Position numbers and translations under genes: made by a program. Below the pieces are notes generated by a model. That model did not search any database. It was given only the letters and a program-made list of their open reading frames with translations, and was not told the DNA's origin. Positions 25,752-38,222 of a DNA stretch of 64,000 nucleotides are shown piece by piece. This stretch comes from an uncultured bacterium (GTDB lineage: Bacteria; Planctomycetota; UBA1135; GCA-002686595), in NCBI GenBank assembly GCA_943787795.1, contig CALSNU010000001.1, positions 800,001 through 864,000 on the forward strand, written 5' to 3'. The stretch's first letter is position 1, and the number at the start of each line of letters is the position of its first letter.

Positions 25752-28175
25752 TTAGATGAGCTCCATCCGTTTTCTAAGGAGCCATTCCGATCCGAGCAGG
25801 GCCAGCGCGAGCAGCAGGGTCGCCCAGCGGTCCCAGGCGTCTTCGAGCTGGCTCGAAACGGGCTCGCGGCGCTCCTGGTCGGCGGGGAACGCCTCTTCGA
25901 TGGCGTCGAGGTCCGCGGCGGAGGTCGAGATCCCCCCGGTCAGGGTGGCCAGGCGCTCCATGAGCACAGGGTCGGGGCTCGGGTCAGCGTTCTCCCGGGA
26001 GGGGAGGAGCACATCGAACTCCGTCCGGACGCGCTCGCCGCCGGTCTCGGACTCCACGAGGGAAACGTAGCGCCCCGGCCGCTCGGGCTGATAGGTGCCG
26101 CGATAGAGACCTGGGCGGCCCTCGACGCCGGCTAGAACCAGCTCGGTCTCGTCCCCGTCGGGCGTGCGCAGGATGATCTCCTGAGCGGGCTCATCGCTGG
26201 GCTGGAAGTCCTCGTCGAGGACCCGGGCCTCAAGCGTCACGCGATCGGAGATGTCGTACTCGGTGCGGAGGGACTCGAGCTCGAACCGTCGATCCCCGCT
26301 TCGCATCCGGCCGAGGGCGAGCCAGCGCAGGGCGTTGCGCCAGAAGGCCTCGTAGTAGCGATAGCCAAAGCGGAAGCGCCAGCGGTTGGTGGCCTCCACG
26401 GCGAGGAACAGGGTCCGCCCCGAGGGGAAGTACCCCGTGACCAGCAGGGGATCACGTTCGCCGCCGCCCGCGATGGAGGCGATCGGGTGACGGAGGAGCA
26501 CCTGGGAGCCGGCCTTGGCGCCGCGCACCGGGTAGTGCCAGTAGAACCCACGGAGCCCGCGCTCATCTTCCCAGAGCGCGCGGTTGGTCTCGGCGTCCTG
26601 CTCGAGCCGCACGATCTCATGGGGTGCGCCAGGATCCTCGAGGGTGTAGCGGTGCTCCTTGGCCGTCGGCACGTCGAGCATGGACACCCCTGCGCGGTCG
26701 AGCTCCACCGGTAACAGGTCCGCGAACTCGGTCCCTGCGATGGAGCGCGGCATGTCGTACTGACCGGCGATGATGCAGAGCCCGCCGCCCCGCTCGACGA
26801 ACTCGAAGAGCGACCTCACGAACTCTTCTCCCCGGGCAGGGTCCGGAGAGATGTCGTAGGGGTTGATGTCGCCGAGGATGATGACGTCGTAGTTCTGGAG
26901 CAGCTCCTCGCGGGAGGTCGGCACCGCCGTGAGGGATTGGAGGCCGCGGGTCCGGTCCTGCTGGAAGTCTGGAGTCGCTGACAGCAGGAAGAGCTGCACG
27001 TCGATCCGGTCGTCGATCCGCCGCAGCTCGGTGTTGAGGAAGCGGTACTCGTAGCGGGGGTAGCCCTCCACGTAGAGCACGCGGACCTTCTCGCGGGTCA
27101 CGGTGACCGAGACGGTGAGCTGGTTGTCGTCCGTCACGCGCTCGCCCTCGAGGGGCTCCACCCTGAGTCGGAAGCGTCGCTCGCTCGAGCCGTAGTCGAG
27201 GGCGTCGCGCCCTGCGACGAGGACCACGCGGTCACCCGAGTCCACGAGGGGGACCTCCTCGGAGGTCACGATCCGAACCTCGTCCGAGCCCGTGGTGGAG
27301 AGCTCCTCGAGCTGCAGGACGACGCTGCCACCGTCGGTGCCGCGCGCCGACACGCGCGCCGCGATCTCGATCTGGTCGCCCTCGAGGACCGAGCTGGGTG
27401 AGTCCACAAGTTCGATCGCGAGGTTGACCTCTGTGCGGTCGTCGCCCACGACCACGGTGTTGAGGGCCACGCCAGCGACCCCTGCCGCTCCGACCGCCTC
27501 TTCGATGACGGAGCCGGTGTTGGAGCGGCCGTCGCTGACGATCACCACGTCGGAGACGTACCGGCCCCTGTGGCCCGCGAGCGCGGCCCGGATCGCGTCG
27601 CCGATGGCGGTCGCGGACCCCTTGCCGTCGAGGGGGCTCCCCGACGCCAAGGGCTCGAGGTCCTCGGCGAAGCGGAACGTCCTGGGGATATATCCGCGGT
27701 CCGTCGCGAGCTGCTCGACCCGGTCTCGGACAGCGAGGGCGATGTCGGTGCGGCTGAGGGCCTCGGGCGACTTGCCGGTCAGCGCCTGCAGCGCAGCGCG
27801 CGCCTCAGGGTCTCCGGTGTACGGGTCCTGCCGGGTCATCGACCCGGAGTCGTCGAACAGCAGGAGGACCTCAGGGGAGATCACGTTCTGCTGCTGACGC
27901 ACATGAACGGGACGGGCGAGAACCGTGAGCAGGAGAAGGAAGCTCAGGGCTCGCAGCGTGACCATGCTCCACCTCGCTCGGGTGGAGATCGACTCGCGCC
28001 AGTAGGCGAGATAGGCGACGCCAAAGGCCCCCGGGATCAGGAGGAGCACCACCACCCAGAGCGCGGGCAGATCCATGAGCCGCCAGGTCTCCTGGATGGC
28101 CTCGCCAGCGGCCTTGCTGGCCGCGGGGACGGCGGCGTCGCCGCCTCCCTGGAGCAGTACGAGGAGCGGACTCAT
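25752..28175 (-). CDS. Membrane-anchored vWA plus glutamine-amidotransferase-like domain protein
   Basis: MIDAS DDSGSM...T.IGDAI...VSDGRSN; RVLYVEGYPRYEYRFL, YDVIILGD, FVERGGGL; C-terminal EWLLRK helix. Confidence 0.8.
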   Translation of the reverse strand: MSPLLVLLQGGGDAAVPAASKAAGEAIQETWRLMDLPALWVVVLLLIPGAFGVAYLAYWRESISTRARWSMVTLRALSFLLLLTVLARPVHVRQQQNVISPEVLLLFDDSGSMTRQDPYTGDPEARAALQALTGKSPEALSRTDIALAVRDRVEQLATDRGYIPRTFRFAEDLEPLASGSPLDGKGSATAIGDAIRAALAGHRGRYVSDVVIVSDGRSNTGSVIEEAVGAAGVAGVALNTVVVGDDRTEVNLAIELVDSPSSVLEGDQIEIAARVSARGTDGGSVVLQLEELSTTGSDEVRIVTSEEVPLVDSGDRVVLVAGRDALDYGSSERRFRLRVEPLEGERVTDDNQLTVSVTVTREKVRVLYVEGYPRYEYRFLNTELRRIDDRIDVQLFLLSATPDFQQDRTRGLQSLTAVPTSREELLQNYDVIILGDINPYDISPDPARGEEFVRSLFEFVERGGGLCIIAGQYDMPRSIAGTEFADLLPVELDRAGVSMLDVPTAKEHRYTLEDPGAPHEIVRLEQDAETNRALWEDERGLRGFYWHYPVRGAKAGSQVLLRHPIASIAGGGERDPLLVTGYFPSGRTLFLAVEATNRWRFRFGYRYYEAFWRNALRWLALGRMRSGDRRFELESLRTEYDISDRVTLEARVLDEDFQPSDEPAQEIILRTPDGDETELVLAGVEGRPGLYRGTYQPERPGRYVSLVESETGGERVRTEFDVLLPSRENADPSPDPVLMERLATLTGGISTSAADLDAIEEAFPADQERREPVSSQLEDAWDRWATLLLALALLGSEWLLRKRMELI

Positions 28176-30421
28176 GAGTGGACCCTCCGGCGGGTGCCAA
28201 TCCAGGCGCCCCAGAGGGACTCCGCCACGAGGAAGATGAGGGCCGCGAGGGCGAGCCAGCGCCAGAGCTCTCCCTGGCGGGGCGCGATGCTGGCCTCGAC
28301 CTCGCCGCCCTCGGTGTTCACCGTGGCGACACGGAGAGCGGGGTGGATCGCCTCGACCTCGAGGGCAGTGGCGCGCGCGAGGTCGCTCTCTCGGGCGTCG
28401 AGCTGCACGGCCACCGGCTGGGTTCGCCCGCCCTCGGTACGGACGGTGTAGACACCCACGGAGTCCATCCAGCTCCCGTCCAGCATGGGCAGCGCCCAGC
28501 GACGATCGGGGCGCTCGGTGGAGTCACCCTCGATGGGGCGCTGGGCGCCGCTGGGTGAGATCAGCGTGGCCGCCCGGGGGAAGCTGTCGACCACGAGCTC
28601 GATGCCGCTCCCCACGGCCAGGTTCCGCTCCTGCTGGAAGCGGGCCCCCAGGTCCTGGACGAGCTCGAGGACCAGCGGAACGAAAGTCCCCGGCGAGTCG
28701 GGGACTCGGTTCCAGGCCCGATCCAGGCTGCTTGTCCAGAGCACCACCTTCCCGTCTCCGTAGCCGCGCTCCAGGAGGAAGGGACTGCGCGCGGTGTCAT
28801 CGAAGGCGGCCAGGACGCGGGCCGTGGGGGACGGCGTGAAGGACACGAAGTCGTAGAAAGGCGCCTCGGTCAGCAGCGGCCGCCAGCGCTCATCACCGAA
28901 GAAGTTGAGCGCGGGATGCTCCTCGTCGAACTCGTTCACGCGGTAGTAGCGCGTGCGGTCCGCGGCCGAGACTCTCCGGACCGGTTCACCCGGGAGCAGG
29001 CCTGTGCCGTCCGTACGGAACAGGTCCTGGCTCCAGCCAGAGAGGTCGCCGAGGCGGTCGCCCGCGGTGATCAGCAGGCCTGCACCCGCGGCCACGCGCT
29101 CCTCGAGCCGCGTGACGGCGGCGCTCGAGAGGGGCGGAACGTTCGCGAGGACGATGAGATCGGCCTCCTCGATGGGGGAGTCCGCGGCGTCGAGCTCCGA
29201 GGGGGAGATGGTTCGGACCCGGAAGGGGCTGCTCGATGCCCCGTCAACACCGAGCTCGTCGGTGGGAGGCTCGAGGACCGCGAGCAGGTATCCAGCCTCG
29301 TCTTCCTCCACTCGGTCGGCCGGTGCGCCGTTGACCACGAGGACCTCGAGGGGCGGCGGCGCGAGGACCACCCGCGCGCGGCTGTCGTCGACGCTGAGGC
29401 GGTCGCCCTCCAGCGTGGCGACGATGTCGAGGTAGCCCGGGTCCTCCAGCGTGACGGTGAACACCGCCTCGGCCTTACCCCGTGCGGGGATGTCGATGCG
29501 CTGGCTGGGGAGCCGCTCCCCGCCCACCTTGAGGGCGACTCGCTCCGCGAGAAGCTCCCGCTCCCCGTGATTGGTCACCCCCACGGCCACCTCGAAGGGA
29601 GTCCCCGCTCGCGGCCCCTCGCCGAGGACGAGGATCGAGTCCACCGACAGGTTCGGCGGCGTGAGTTCTCCCCGGCCGAGGTCCTCGACGAGCACCGCGA
29701 GGCCGAGCGCCTCGATCCGGGAGAGCTGCTCGGCGAGGGCCGGTCGCGCCTCACCCTCCGCGGCCGATGGGGAGGAGCTGATGGCGAGGAACGTGCTCTC
29801 CTGGAGGTCGCTCAGCAGGCGGACCTCGGCGCCGCCGCCGGCTCCGCGCTGGGCGCTTTCCTCCAGCACGGCCGCGACCTCACCGAGCGCGAGCGTCAGG
29901 TCCAGGGACTCGTCGAGGGGGCGCTCGATCGACTGGAGGATCGAGCGCGCGTCGGCAGGATCGGTCCAGGGGAAGACCCGCGGGCGGTCCCCGGCGAGGA
30001 TCAGCCGGGCCCGATCACCTCGGCCCTCATCGAGCCCTTCGAGGAGGAGTCCAGCGCGCTCCTTGATGCGGCCGAACACGCTCTCCACCTCGGCGCGGTA
30101 GCCGGTGGACGCGGAGCCATCGATCACGAGCACGAGGTCCCGGCGCTCCTCCTGGAGGCCGATGAGCGGGCTGTCGCCCGAAGCGAAGGGGCGGGCCACC
30201 GCGAACGCGAGGGCTGCCACCGCGAGCATGCGCAGGAGCAGCAGCAGGAGATTCTCCAGCTGGACCCTGCGCCGCGTCTTCCTGTAAGCCGCCAGAACGA
30301 ACCGCATCGCCGCCCAGCGCTGTGGCCGGTGGCGCTGACGATTCAGCAGGTGGATCACGAGCGGGACGGCGGCGAGCGTCGCGCCGATCGCGAGTCCTGG
30401 ATTCAAGAAGCCTTCGATCAA
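28172..30421 (-). CDS. BatA-domain / vWA membrane protein
   Basis: FLNP...AAVPLVIHLLNR....QRWAAMRF BatA signature; DGSAST and LSDLQ; C-terminal ELWRWL TM helix; TTG start. Confidence 0.85.
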   Translation of the reverse strand: MIEGFLNPGLAIGATLAAVPLVIHLLNRQRHRPQRWAAMRFVLAAYRKTRRRVQLENLLLLLLRMLAVAALAFAVARPFASGDSPLIGLQEERRDLVLVIDGSASTGYRAEVESVFGRIKERAGLLLEGLDEGRGDRARLILAGDRPRVFPWTDPADARSILQSIERPLDESLDLTLALGEVAAVLEESAQRGAGGGAEVRLLSDLQESTFLAISSSPSAAEGEARPALAEQLSRIEALGLAVLVEDLGRGELTPPNLSVDSILVLGEGPRAGTPFEVAVGVTNHGERELLAERVALKVGGERLPSQRIDIPARGKAEAVFTVTLEDPGYLDIVATLEGDRLSVDDSRARVVLAPPPLEVLVVNGAPADRVEEDEAGYLLAVLEPPTDELGVDGASSSPFRVRTISPSELDAADSPIEEADLIVLANVPPLSSAAVTRLEERVAAGAGLLITAGDRLGDLSGWSQDLFRTDGTGLLPGEPVRRVSAADRTRYYRVNEFDEEHPALNFFGDERWRPLLTEAPFYDFVSFTPSPTARVLAAFDDTARSPFLLERGYGDGKVVLWTSSLDRAWNRVPDSPGTFVPLVLELVQDLGARFQQERNLAVGSGIELVVDSFPRAATLISPSGAQRPIEGDSTERPDRRWALPMLDGSWMDSVGVYTVRTEGGRTQPVAVQLDARESDLARATALEVEAIHPALRVATVNTEGGEVEASIAPRQGELWRWLALAALIFLVAESLWGAWIGTRRRVHS

Positions 30422-30531
30422 GGGGGCCTCTGAGGGCGGTGTGGGGGGGGGCCGGAAGAGTAGCGGGAGGGGGAGGGCCGGTGCCGTGGTGCAGCCGGCG
30501 CGAGGGTGCGGCCGGCGCTGGGGTGCGGGGG

Positions 30532-31437
30532 CTAGCCGCCCGAGCGCGCGCGGGCCAGACGCCGCGAGAGGTACGCCGCCATGACAGCGTCGAGGGGCTC
30601 GTTGGTGGAGACGTGGACGAAGTCGACGGAGAGGGCACGCGCGCGCTGGGCGAGCTCACGCGTGTGGGCGTTGATCTCCTCCAGGTAAGCCTCGCGAATG
30701 GCCTTGGGGTCCACCTTCAGGTTGCCCGCACCCTCGAGCCCTTCGAGCTTGACGAGGGCGTCGAGGTCGAAGGAGGTCTCCAGGGGGTCGACGACCTGGA
30801 ACAGGATGGGCTCGTGCCCCTCGTGGACCAGTCGCTTGATCCCCTCGAGGATGCTGTCGATGTCGTCGAAGAAGTCCGAGAACACGGCGGTGATGCCGCG
30901 CCGACGGATGCGGGGCACCAGGCTGTGCAGGACCTCGCCGACCGCGGTCGGGCCGCCCGGACTGGCCTCCTCGAGCGACCGCAGGATCGCGGCCTCCTGG
31001 GGAGCTCCGTTACCGGGAGGGACCTTCGCCCTGATGCTGTCGTCGAAGATCACGAGCCCAGCGGTGTCTCGCTTCCCGAGGACGAGGTGCGCGAGCGCCG
31101 CAGCTCCCCAGCGGGCGTAGTCGAGCTTGGTCCAGCCGGTCGAGCCAAAGCCCATGGACTCGGAGGCGTCCACGAGCAGGTTGAGGGAGAGGTTGGTCTC
31201 CTCCACGTACTCCTTGACTACGAGGCGCTCGGAGCGAGCGAACACCTTCCAGTCCACCTTCCGCACCTCGTCTCCGGGGGCATAGGCGCGGTGCTGCGCG
31301 AACTCCACGGAGCTACCGCGCTGGGGCGAGGCGTGGACGCCCGCCATGAAACCCTCGACGGCTCGTCTGGCGACGAGCTCGAGCCCCGACAGCTTGTCGA
31401 GGACGGCGGGGTCAATGGTGCCGTTGGTACGGGCCAC
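30532..31437 (-). CDS. DUF58 family protein
   Basis: G.H.S..RGSSVEFAQHRAYAPGDEVRKVDWKVFARS..LVVKEYVEETN, VDASESM. Confidence 0.92.
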   Translation of the reverse strand: MARTNGTIDPAVLDKLSGLELVARRAVEGFMAGVHASPQRGSSVEFAQHRAYAPGDEVRKVDWKVFARSERLVVKEYVEETNLSLNLLVDASESMGFGSTGWTKLDYARWGAAALAHLVLGKRDTAGLVIFDDSIRAKVPPGNGAPQEAAILRSLEEASPGGPTAVGEVLHSLVPRIRRRGITAVFSDFFDDIDSILEGIKRLVHEGHEPILFQVVDPLETSFDLDALVKLEGLEGAGNLKVDPKAIREAYLEEINAHTRELAQRARALSVDFVHVSTNEPLDAVMAAYLSRRLARARSGG

Positions 31438-31457
31438 GGAAGAGAGCGTGCCTGGCC

Positions 31458-32489
31458 TCAGCTGGCCGACTGGTCACGGACGCCGGGGAGGCCGGCGCCG
31501 ACAGCCTGGGCCGGATCGATCTCATCGATCAGGCGGTCGATCAGGTGGTCGGAGGTGATCCCCTCGGCCTGCGCCGTGAAGTTCGTGACGATCCGGTGCC
31601 GCAAGACGGGCTTCGCGACGGCGCGTACGTCCTCGATGGACACGTGCGTCCGGCCGGCGAGGGCGGCGTGGGCCTTGGCGCCGAGGATGAGGAATTGACT
31701 CGCCCGCGGTCCGGCTCCCCAGGAGACGTTCTCGCGGATGAACGGCAGCGGGTCACCGGCACGCACGCGGGTGGCGCGGGCCAGCCCGAGCGCGTAGTCA
31801 AACACCGCGTCGGCCACGGGCAGCTCGCGGATCGTGTCCTGCAGCTCCTTGAGCTCATCCGCAGAGACCACGCTCGAGACCTCGGCGCCGCCACCGCCGG
31901 TGGTGCGCTTGAGGATCTCGCGCTCCTCGTCCGCGTCGGGATAGCCGACCTGGACCATGAACATGAAGCGGTCGAGCTGAGCTTCGGGGAGGGGATAGGT
32001 CCCCTCCTGCTCGATGGGGTTCTGGGTGGCGAGCACGAAGAACGGTTCCGGCAGCTCGTGGGTGGTGCCACCGGAGGTCACGTGGCGCTCCTGCATCGCC
32101 TCGAGCAGAGCCGCCTGGGTCTTGGGCGGCGTCCGGTTGATCTCGTCCGCGAGGATGACGCTCGCGAAGAGCGGGCCAGCCTCGAAGCGGAAGGACCGCG
32201 CGCTGGTCTCCGGGTCGATGTGAAGCAGCTCCGTCCCGGTGATGTCCGACGGCATCAGGTCCGGGGTGAACTGAATGCGGTTGAACGACAGGTCCATCGT
32301 CTTGGCCAGGCTCGAGATCATGAGCGTCTTGGCGAGGCCCGGGACGCCCACGAGGAGGCAGTGACCGCGGGTCAGGATGGCGAGCAGGAGCTCGTCGAGG
32401 ACGTCTTCCTGACCGACAATCACGCGCTGGAGCTCGCCCTTCATGGACGAGTGGACCGTTCGGAGGCGTTCGAGCTTGGATTCGAGCAT
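31458..32489 (-). CDS. moxR: MoxR-family AAA+ ATPase
   Basis: Walker [24 protein letters not shown], Walker [31 protein letters not shown]. Confidence 0.95.
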   Translation of the reverse strand: MLESKLERLRTVHSSMKGELQRVIVGQEDVLDELLLAILTRGHCLLVGVPGLAKTLMISSLAKTMDLSFNRIQFTPDLMPSDITGTELLHIDPETSARSFRFEAGPLFASVILADEINRTPPKTQAALLEAMQERHVTSGGTTHELPEPFFVLATQNPIEQEGTYPLPEAQLDRFMFMVQVGYPDADEEREILKRTTGGGGAEVSSVVSADELKELQDTIRELPVADAVFDYALGLARATRVRAGDPLPFIRENVSWGAGPRASQFLILGAKAHAALAGRTHVSIEDVRAVAKPVLRHRIVTNFTAQAEGITSDHLIDRLIDEIDPAQAVGAGLPGVRDQSAS

Positions 32490-32820
32490 GCTGGGGAGTC
32501 GTCCCGGGGTTCGGATCGGATTCGAGGAGTACGGGATACGGAGGACGACGCCTGGAGTGGGCGCAGCCTCCGGATGAGGCCTCCGGGTGAGGCCAGTGGA
32601 GAGAGCGAGTCATCTAGCCCGCCCGCTGGCCTGGGCCTACAGCGGATCGCTGAGCACAGGTCGAGCGCCAGCAGGGAGCCGGTCATCGACCCTTAACTTA
32701 GCCCGGCGCGAGCGTTACCCCGAACCGCGACCGGAGCTTTACAGGCGCGGAGGCTCGTATCTGAAGTCACTCCGGCCGCCGATGAGCCGGGTCAGCGGCC
32801 AGCCGGCGGTCCGAGCGGGG

Positions 32821-35166
32821 TCACTCCCGACCCCAGATCCACACCGTGTCGCGGCCGATGACGTGCACGTGGCCTCCGTGGAGCACCACGTCGCCTCCGC
32901 GGCCGGCTCCGAGGCTCGGGATCGACGCAGCGGCGACCAGTCGCAGCTCGGCGGCGAGGCCCAGGATCCCGACCTCACGAGTTCCCGCGAAGATGAGGCC
33001 CCCGGAGCCCACGGCCGGGCGACCTGCGAAGCCCTCATCGGGGGCGAGAAAGGTCGCCGGATGGCGTGTTCCAAGGGCATCCTCCACGAGGACCGCGTTG
33101 AATCGCCCGTCCCGCCCAAGGAGCACGAGCCGGGAAGGCTGGCCGGCCGACCCCGGGTCCACGGCCGCCAGGTCGATCGCGCCGCGCCGCGCCCGCGGGG
33201 GCTCCCTGAAGAGGCTCCCATCCAGAGGGGCGGGGCCTGTGGGCAGGGCGTAGGCGAACTCGGAATCGAAGGGGGTCGCCCAGGCGGTGTCCCCGACCAC
33301 CAGCACCGGCCTTGACCCTGGCCAGCCTCTGTCTGAGGCACTGCGGCGCTGGGTGCGAATGGCCCACGCGAGCCGGCCGTCCGCGACGTCGTAGGCGCTG
33401 ACCAGGCCGACGTTGGTGCCCACCAGCAGGTGTCCGGTGGAGCGGTCGATGTTCAGCGGCATGGTCGTGGTCGCGAAGTAGCCCGCGCGCCCGCGCATGG
33501 CCGGGTCGATCAACCCGCGCTCCGTGGTCACCTCCCGCGACCAGCGCAGATCGCCCGAGTCCAGGTCGATGTTGATCAACCGGACCTCGTCGGCGTGGTC
33601 GGAGCCTTCGTGGGTGGGGTCGCCCATCCCGCGTGCCAGGACAAAGACGGACCCGTCGACGATCAGCGGGCCGGGCTGGAACTCCCAGCCGCGGCCGAAG
33701 TCCCAGCCGGCCACCAGCCGCCTCTTCCCGCCGACGAGCGAGATTCCGGGCTGGTCGGCGGGGTCCGGCTTGCGGGTCGGGTTGCGGACCTGATACCCGT
33801 CGCGGAGGACCCAGGTCGGATCCAGGGCCTGCTCCTGTCGCGCATACTCGAGCACGCCGAGCGTGTTCCCCGCCGGCGGAACTTCGATGTCTTGCAACGG
33901 TCGCCGCCGTGTTCCTCGACCGAAGACCAGCGCGGCGTGCTCGCCGTCGCACGCGGGGTAGGACTTCCAACCCCCAGCGGATGCGGAGGCTCGGACAATG
34001 GGCCGGTCCGCTCCGAACAGCACGTCCGGCCTCTCCCGCACCTGGACCTTCCACCCGTCGTTCACCTCGGCGGCCAGCAGGACGCCGTAGGCGCCCTGGA
34101 CAAGGAGGCTCCCGTCGCGGAACACCGCGACTCCCGAGCCGAGGCCGCGACCGAGGGGCTCATCCGGGGTCCTCGAGATCCCGGAGATCCGGTAGCTCCC
34201 CTCGAGTCGGAGGACCGGGGGATCCGCGGAGGTGGGCCGTGGGCCGGGGAGCGCCGCTTGCGGGCGGCTGTGGTCGCCGACAAACCCGGTTGCGCTCTGA
34301 CCGCGGACTTCGGCTCGGCGGCGTGCCACGGCGGAGCGTGAGGCCGCGGCCCACTCGTTGCCCCACGCTGCTGCGCCCAGGTCCACGTGTTGCTCTGCGC
34401 GAGTCGTCCACACGGTGGCCTTGAAAGGGAGGCCCTCCTCGAGCATGAGGTCGGCCATCGCGAGGGCGGCGCGGCAGGCCGCGACGGTCGCGGGGTAGGT
34501 CCGCTCGACCTGGCCGAGGCCCTCCTGAGAGACGGCCTCCTGCTGCAACTCGCGGCGAAGGGCGGCCTCTGCGCTGGCGGCGAAGCGCTCGACCCAGGCG
34601 GTACGGGCCTCGTCGGGAATGGCCGCGAGTCGGCGCTGGACGGCGACAGCTGCGTCCTCGGAGCGGCGGGCGTGGGTCCCGTCGGGGTCGGGCAGCCATG
34701 GCCTGCGAGCGTCCGGATCGGTGAGGAGCCGGAGGCCGTCCCCGGACGTCGAGAGGACGAGCGCGTTGCGCCAGCTGTCGAAGGCACGAACCCGTGCCGA
34801 GTCTCTATCGGCTTCGCCCGTGACCAGTGAGGCGTCCCAGGCGTCGTCTCCAACGCGCAGGGCTGCGCTCGCGATCTGCTGGTCGGGGAGCGGGCTGCTG
34901 TTTCGCAGCGGGCCCTCATCAGCGATCGGCGCTGGCTGCGGGGGCCGAGGCGCGACGGGTGCAGCCGTGGAGACGGACGGGCCCGCTGTAGCGGTCGCCG
35001 CGTGGAGAGCCGCTGCGTGTACGGCGAGCAACCCAGCCGAAGGACCAGTTGGAGAACCAGTTGGAAGACCAGCGGGAGACGCCGCCGGGAATGCCGCCAG
35101 GGGGAGCCCCGGGGCGATCACGGCGACCAGCGTCAACCGGGCCCATGTTCTGCGCGGGACACCCAT
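32821..35166 (-). CDS. Exported PQQ-like beta-propeller protein
   Basis: IDLDSGDLRW, VGTNVGLVSAYDVADGRLAW; helical N-terminal region resembling that of 20899-25746; start uncertain (35166 or 35430). Confidence 0.6.
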   Translation of the reverse strand: MGVPRRTWARLTLVAVIAPGLPLAAFPAASPAGLPTGSPTGPSAGLLAVHAAALHAATATAGPSVSTAAPVAPRPPQPAPIADEGPLRNSSPLPDQQIASAALRVGDDAWDASLVTGEADRDSARVRAFDSWRNALVLSTSGDGLRLLTDPDARRPWLPDPDGTHARRSEDAAVAVQRRLAAIPDEARTAWVERFAASAEAALRRELQQEAVSQEGLGQVERTYPATVAACRAALAMADLMLEEGLPFKATVWTTRAEQHVDLGAAAWGNEWAAASRSAVARRRAEVRGQSATGFVGDHSRPQAALPGPRPTSADPPVLRLEGSYRISGISRTPDEPLGRGLGSGVAVFRDGSLLVQGAYGVLLAAEVNDGWKVQVRERPDVLFGADRPIVRASASAGGWKSYPACDGEHAALVFGRGTRRRPLQDIEVPPAGNTLGVLEYARQEQALDPTWVLRDGYQVRNPTRKPDPADQPGISLVGGKRRLVAGWDFGRGWEFQPGPLIVDGSVFVLARGMGDPTHEGSDHADEVRLINIDLDSGDLRWSREVTTERGLIDPAMRGRAGYFATTTMPLNIDRSTGHLLVGTNVGLVSAYDVADGRLAWAIRTQRRSASDRGWPGSRPVLVVGDTAWATPFDSEFAYALPTGPAPLDGSLFREPPRARRGAIDLAAVDPGSAGQPSRLVLLGRDGRFNAVLVEDALGTRHPATFLAPDEGFAGRPAVGSGGLIFAGTREVGILGLAAELRLVAAASIPSLGAGRGGDVVLHGGHVHVIGRDTVWIWGRE

Positions 35167-35350
35167 GCGGGAAGACGATGCCACGAAGTGCTCTCGGTGG
35201 CGAGTCCAGGCTGCCATCCTGAGCGGCGTCGCTCCGCGGGGCGGTTCCTTGGGTGAGCTCCGTGGGGAACCCTGTGGGGAGATTCCTTCGAGAGCATCCT
35301 CCCGGGGCAACGCCGTCCCCGCTCGTGCCCCCGCAATGGGCCAGGCCGGA

Positions 35351-35689
35351 TCAGCGCCCCTCGGTCTCGTTGCTCTCCCCTGGCTTGGTGCCGTCGGCGC
35401 GGCGTCGGCGCTCGTGGTAGACCGGGTCATCCCAGGCGCGATACTCCGCTGACATCACCTCGAACTCCTGGGTCGTCTCGTCGTGCCGCTCTTCGACGGC
35501 TGGCCTCACGTCCTCGAGGCGTCGCTGCTCGGCGAGGGCCGGGCGGAGCCCGCCCACCGAGATCTGCCAGAAGAGGAGGGCGGGGACCCACACAGGAGAC
35601 CAGCCGATCACGGTCCTCAGGACGCGGATCGGCAGCAGGGCAGGGACGGGGCGAACGATGGCCATGGCGCCCAGCATGGAGAATGCCAT
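35351..35689 (-). CDS. Small bitopic membrane protein, FtsB/DivIC-like
   Basis: One hydrophobic segment, about 35 aa coiled coil, then DDPVYHERRRR; first gene downstream of eno; start uncertain. Confidence 0.45.
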   Translation of the reverse strand: MAFSMLGAMAIVRPVPALLPIRVLRTVIGWSPVWVPALLFWQISVGGLRPALAEQRRLEDVRPAVEERHDETTQEFEVMSAEYRAWDDPVYHERRRRADGTKPGESNETEGR

Positions 35690-35797
35690 GAGCCCATCTC
35701 AAGCAGAACGCCACCGCTCTCCGGGGACCCGCGCCCGAGTTGCGAGGATCGAGGCGGCCGCGTGCCGGCCAGGGGCGGGAGGGAGGCGTCCTGTCAC

Positions 35798-35847
35798 CAG
35801 GCAGCGACGGCCCCGGTGGAACCGTCCACCGGGGCCGTCGCTGCCTG
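35798..35847. terminator. Perfect 23 bp inverted repeat with 4 nt loop downstream of eno
   Basis: CAGGCAGCGACGGCCCCGGTGGA-ACCG-TCCACCGGGGCCGTCGCTGCCTG; no U tract. Confidence 0.6.
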
Positions 35848-36004
35848 AAGGGCCACTCGAAGGGCCGCCCCCAAGCTCTGCGACCTCCACCTCAGCTGGG
35901 CTGATTCAAGGAGCGCCAGCCAGGAGGCCCCAGCGAGTCAGACCCTGCAAGTGGGACTCGGTGAGCCATCGAGGCCAACGGGACCCAGCCGGAGGCCTGT
36001 CCGC

Positions 36005-38209
<2,205 letters not shown>

Positions 38210-38222
38210 AGGCGCGATCGAG

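Noticed and set aside
30433..30480. G-run-rich spacer as a G-quadruplex element
   Set aside because: G runs are common at this GC content and homopolymer lengths here are unreliable
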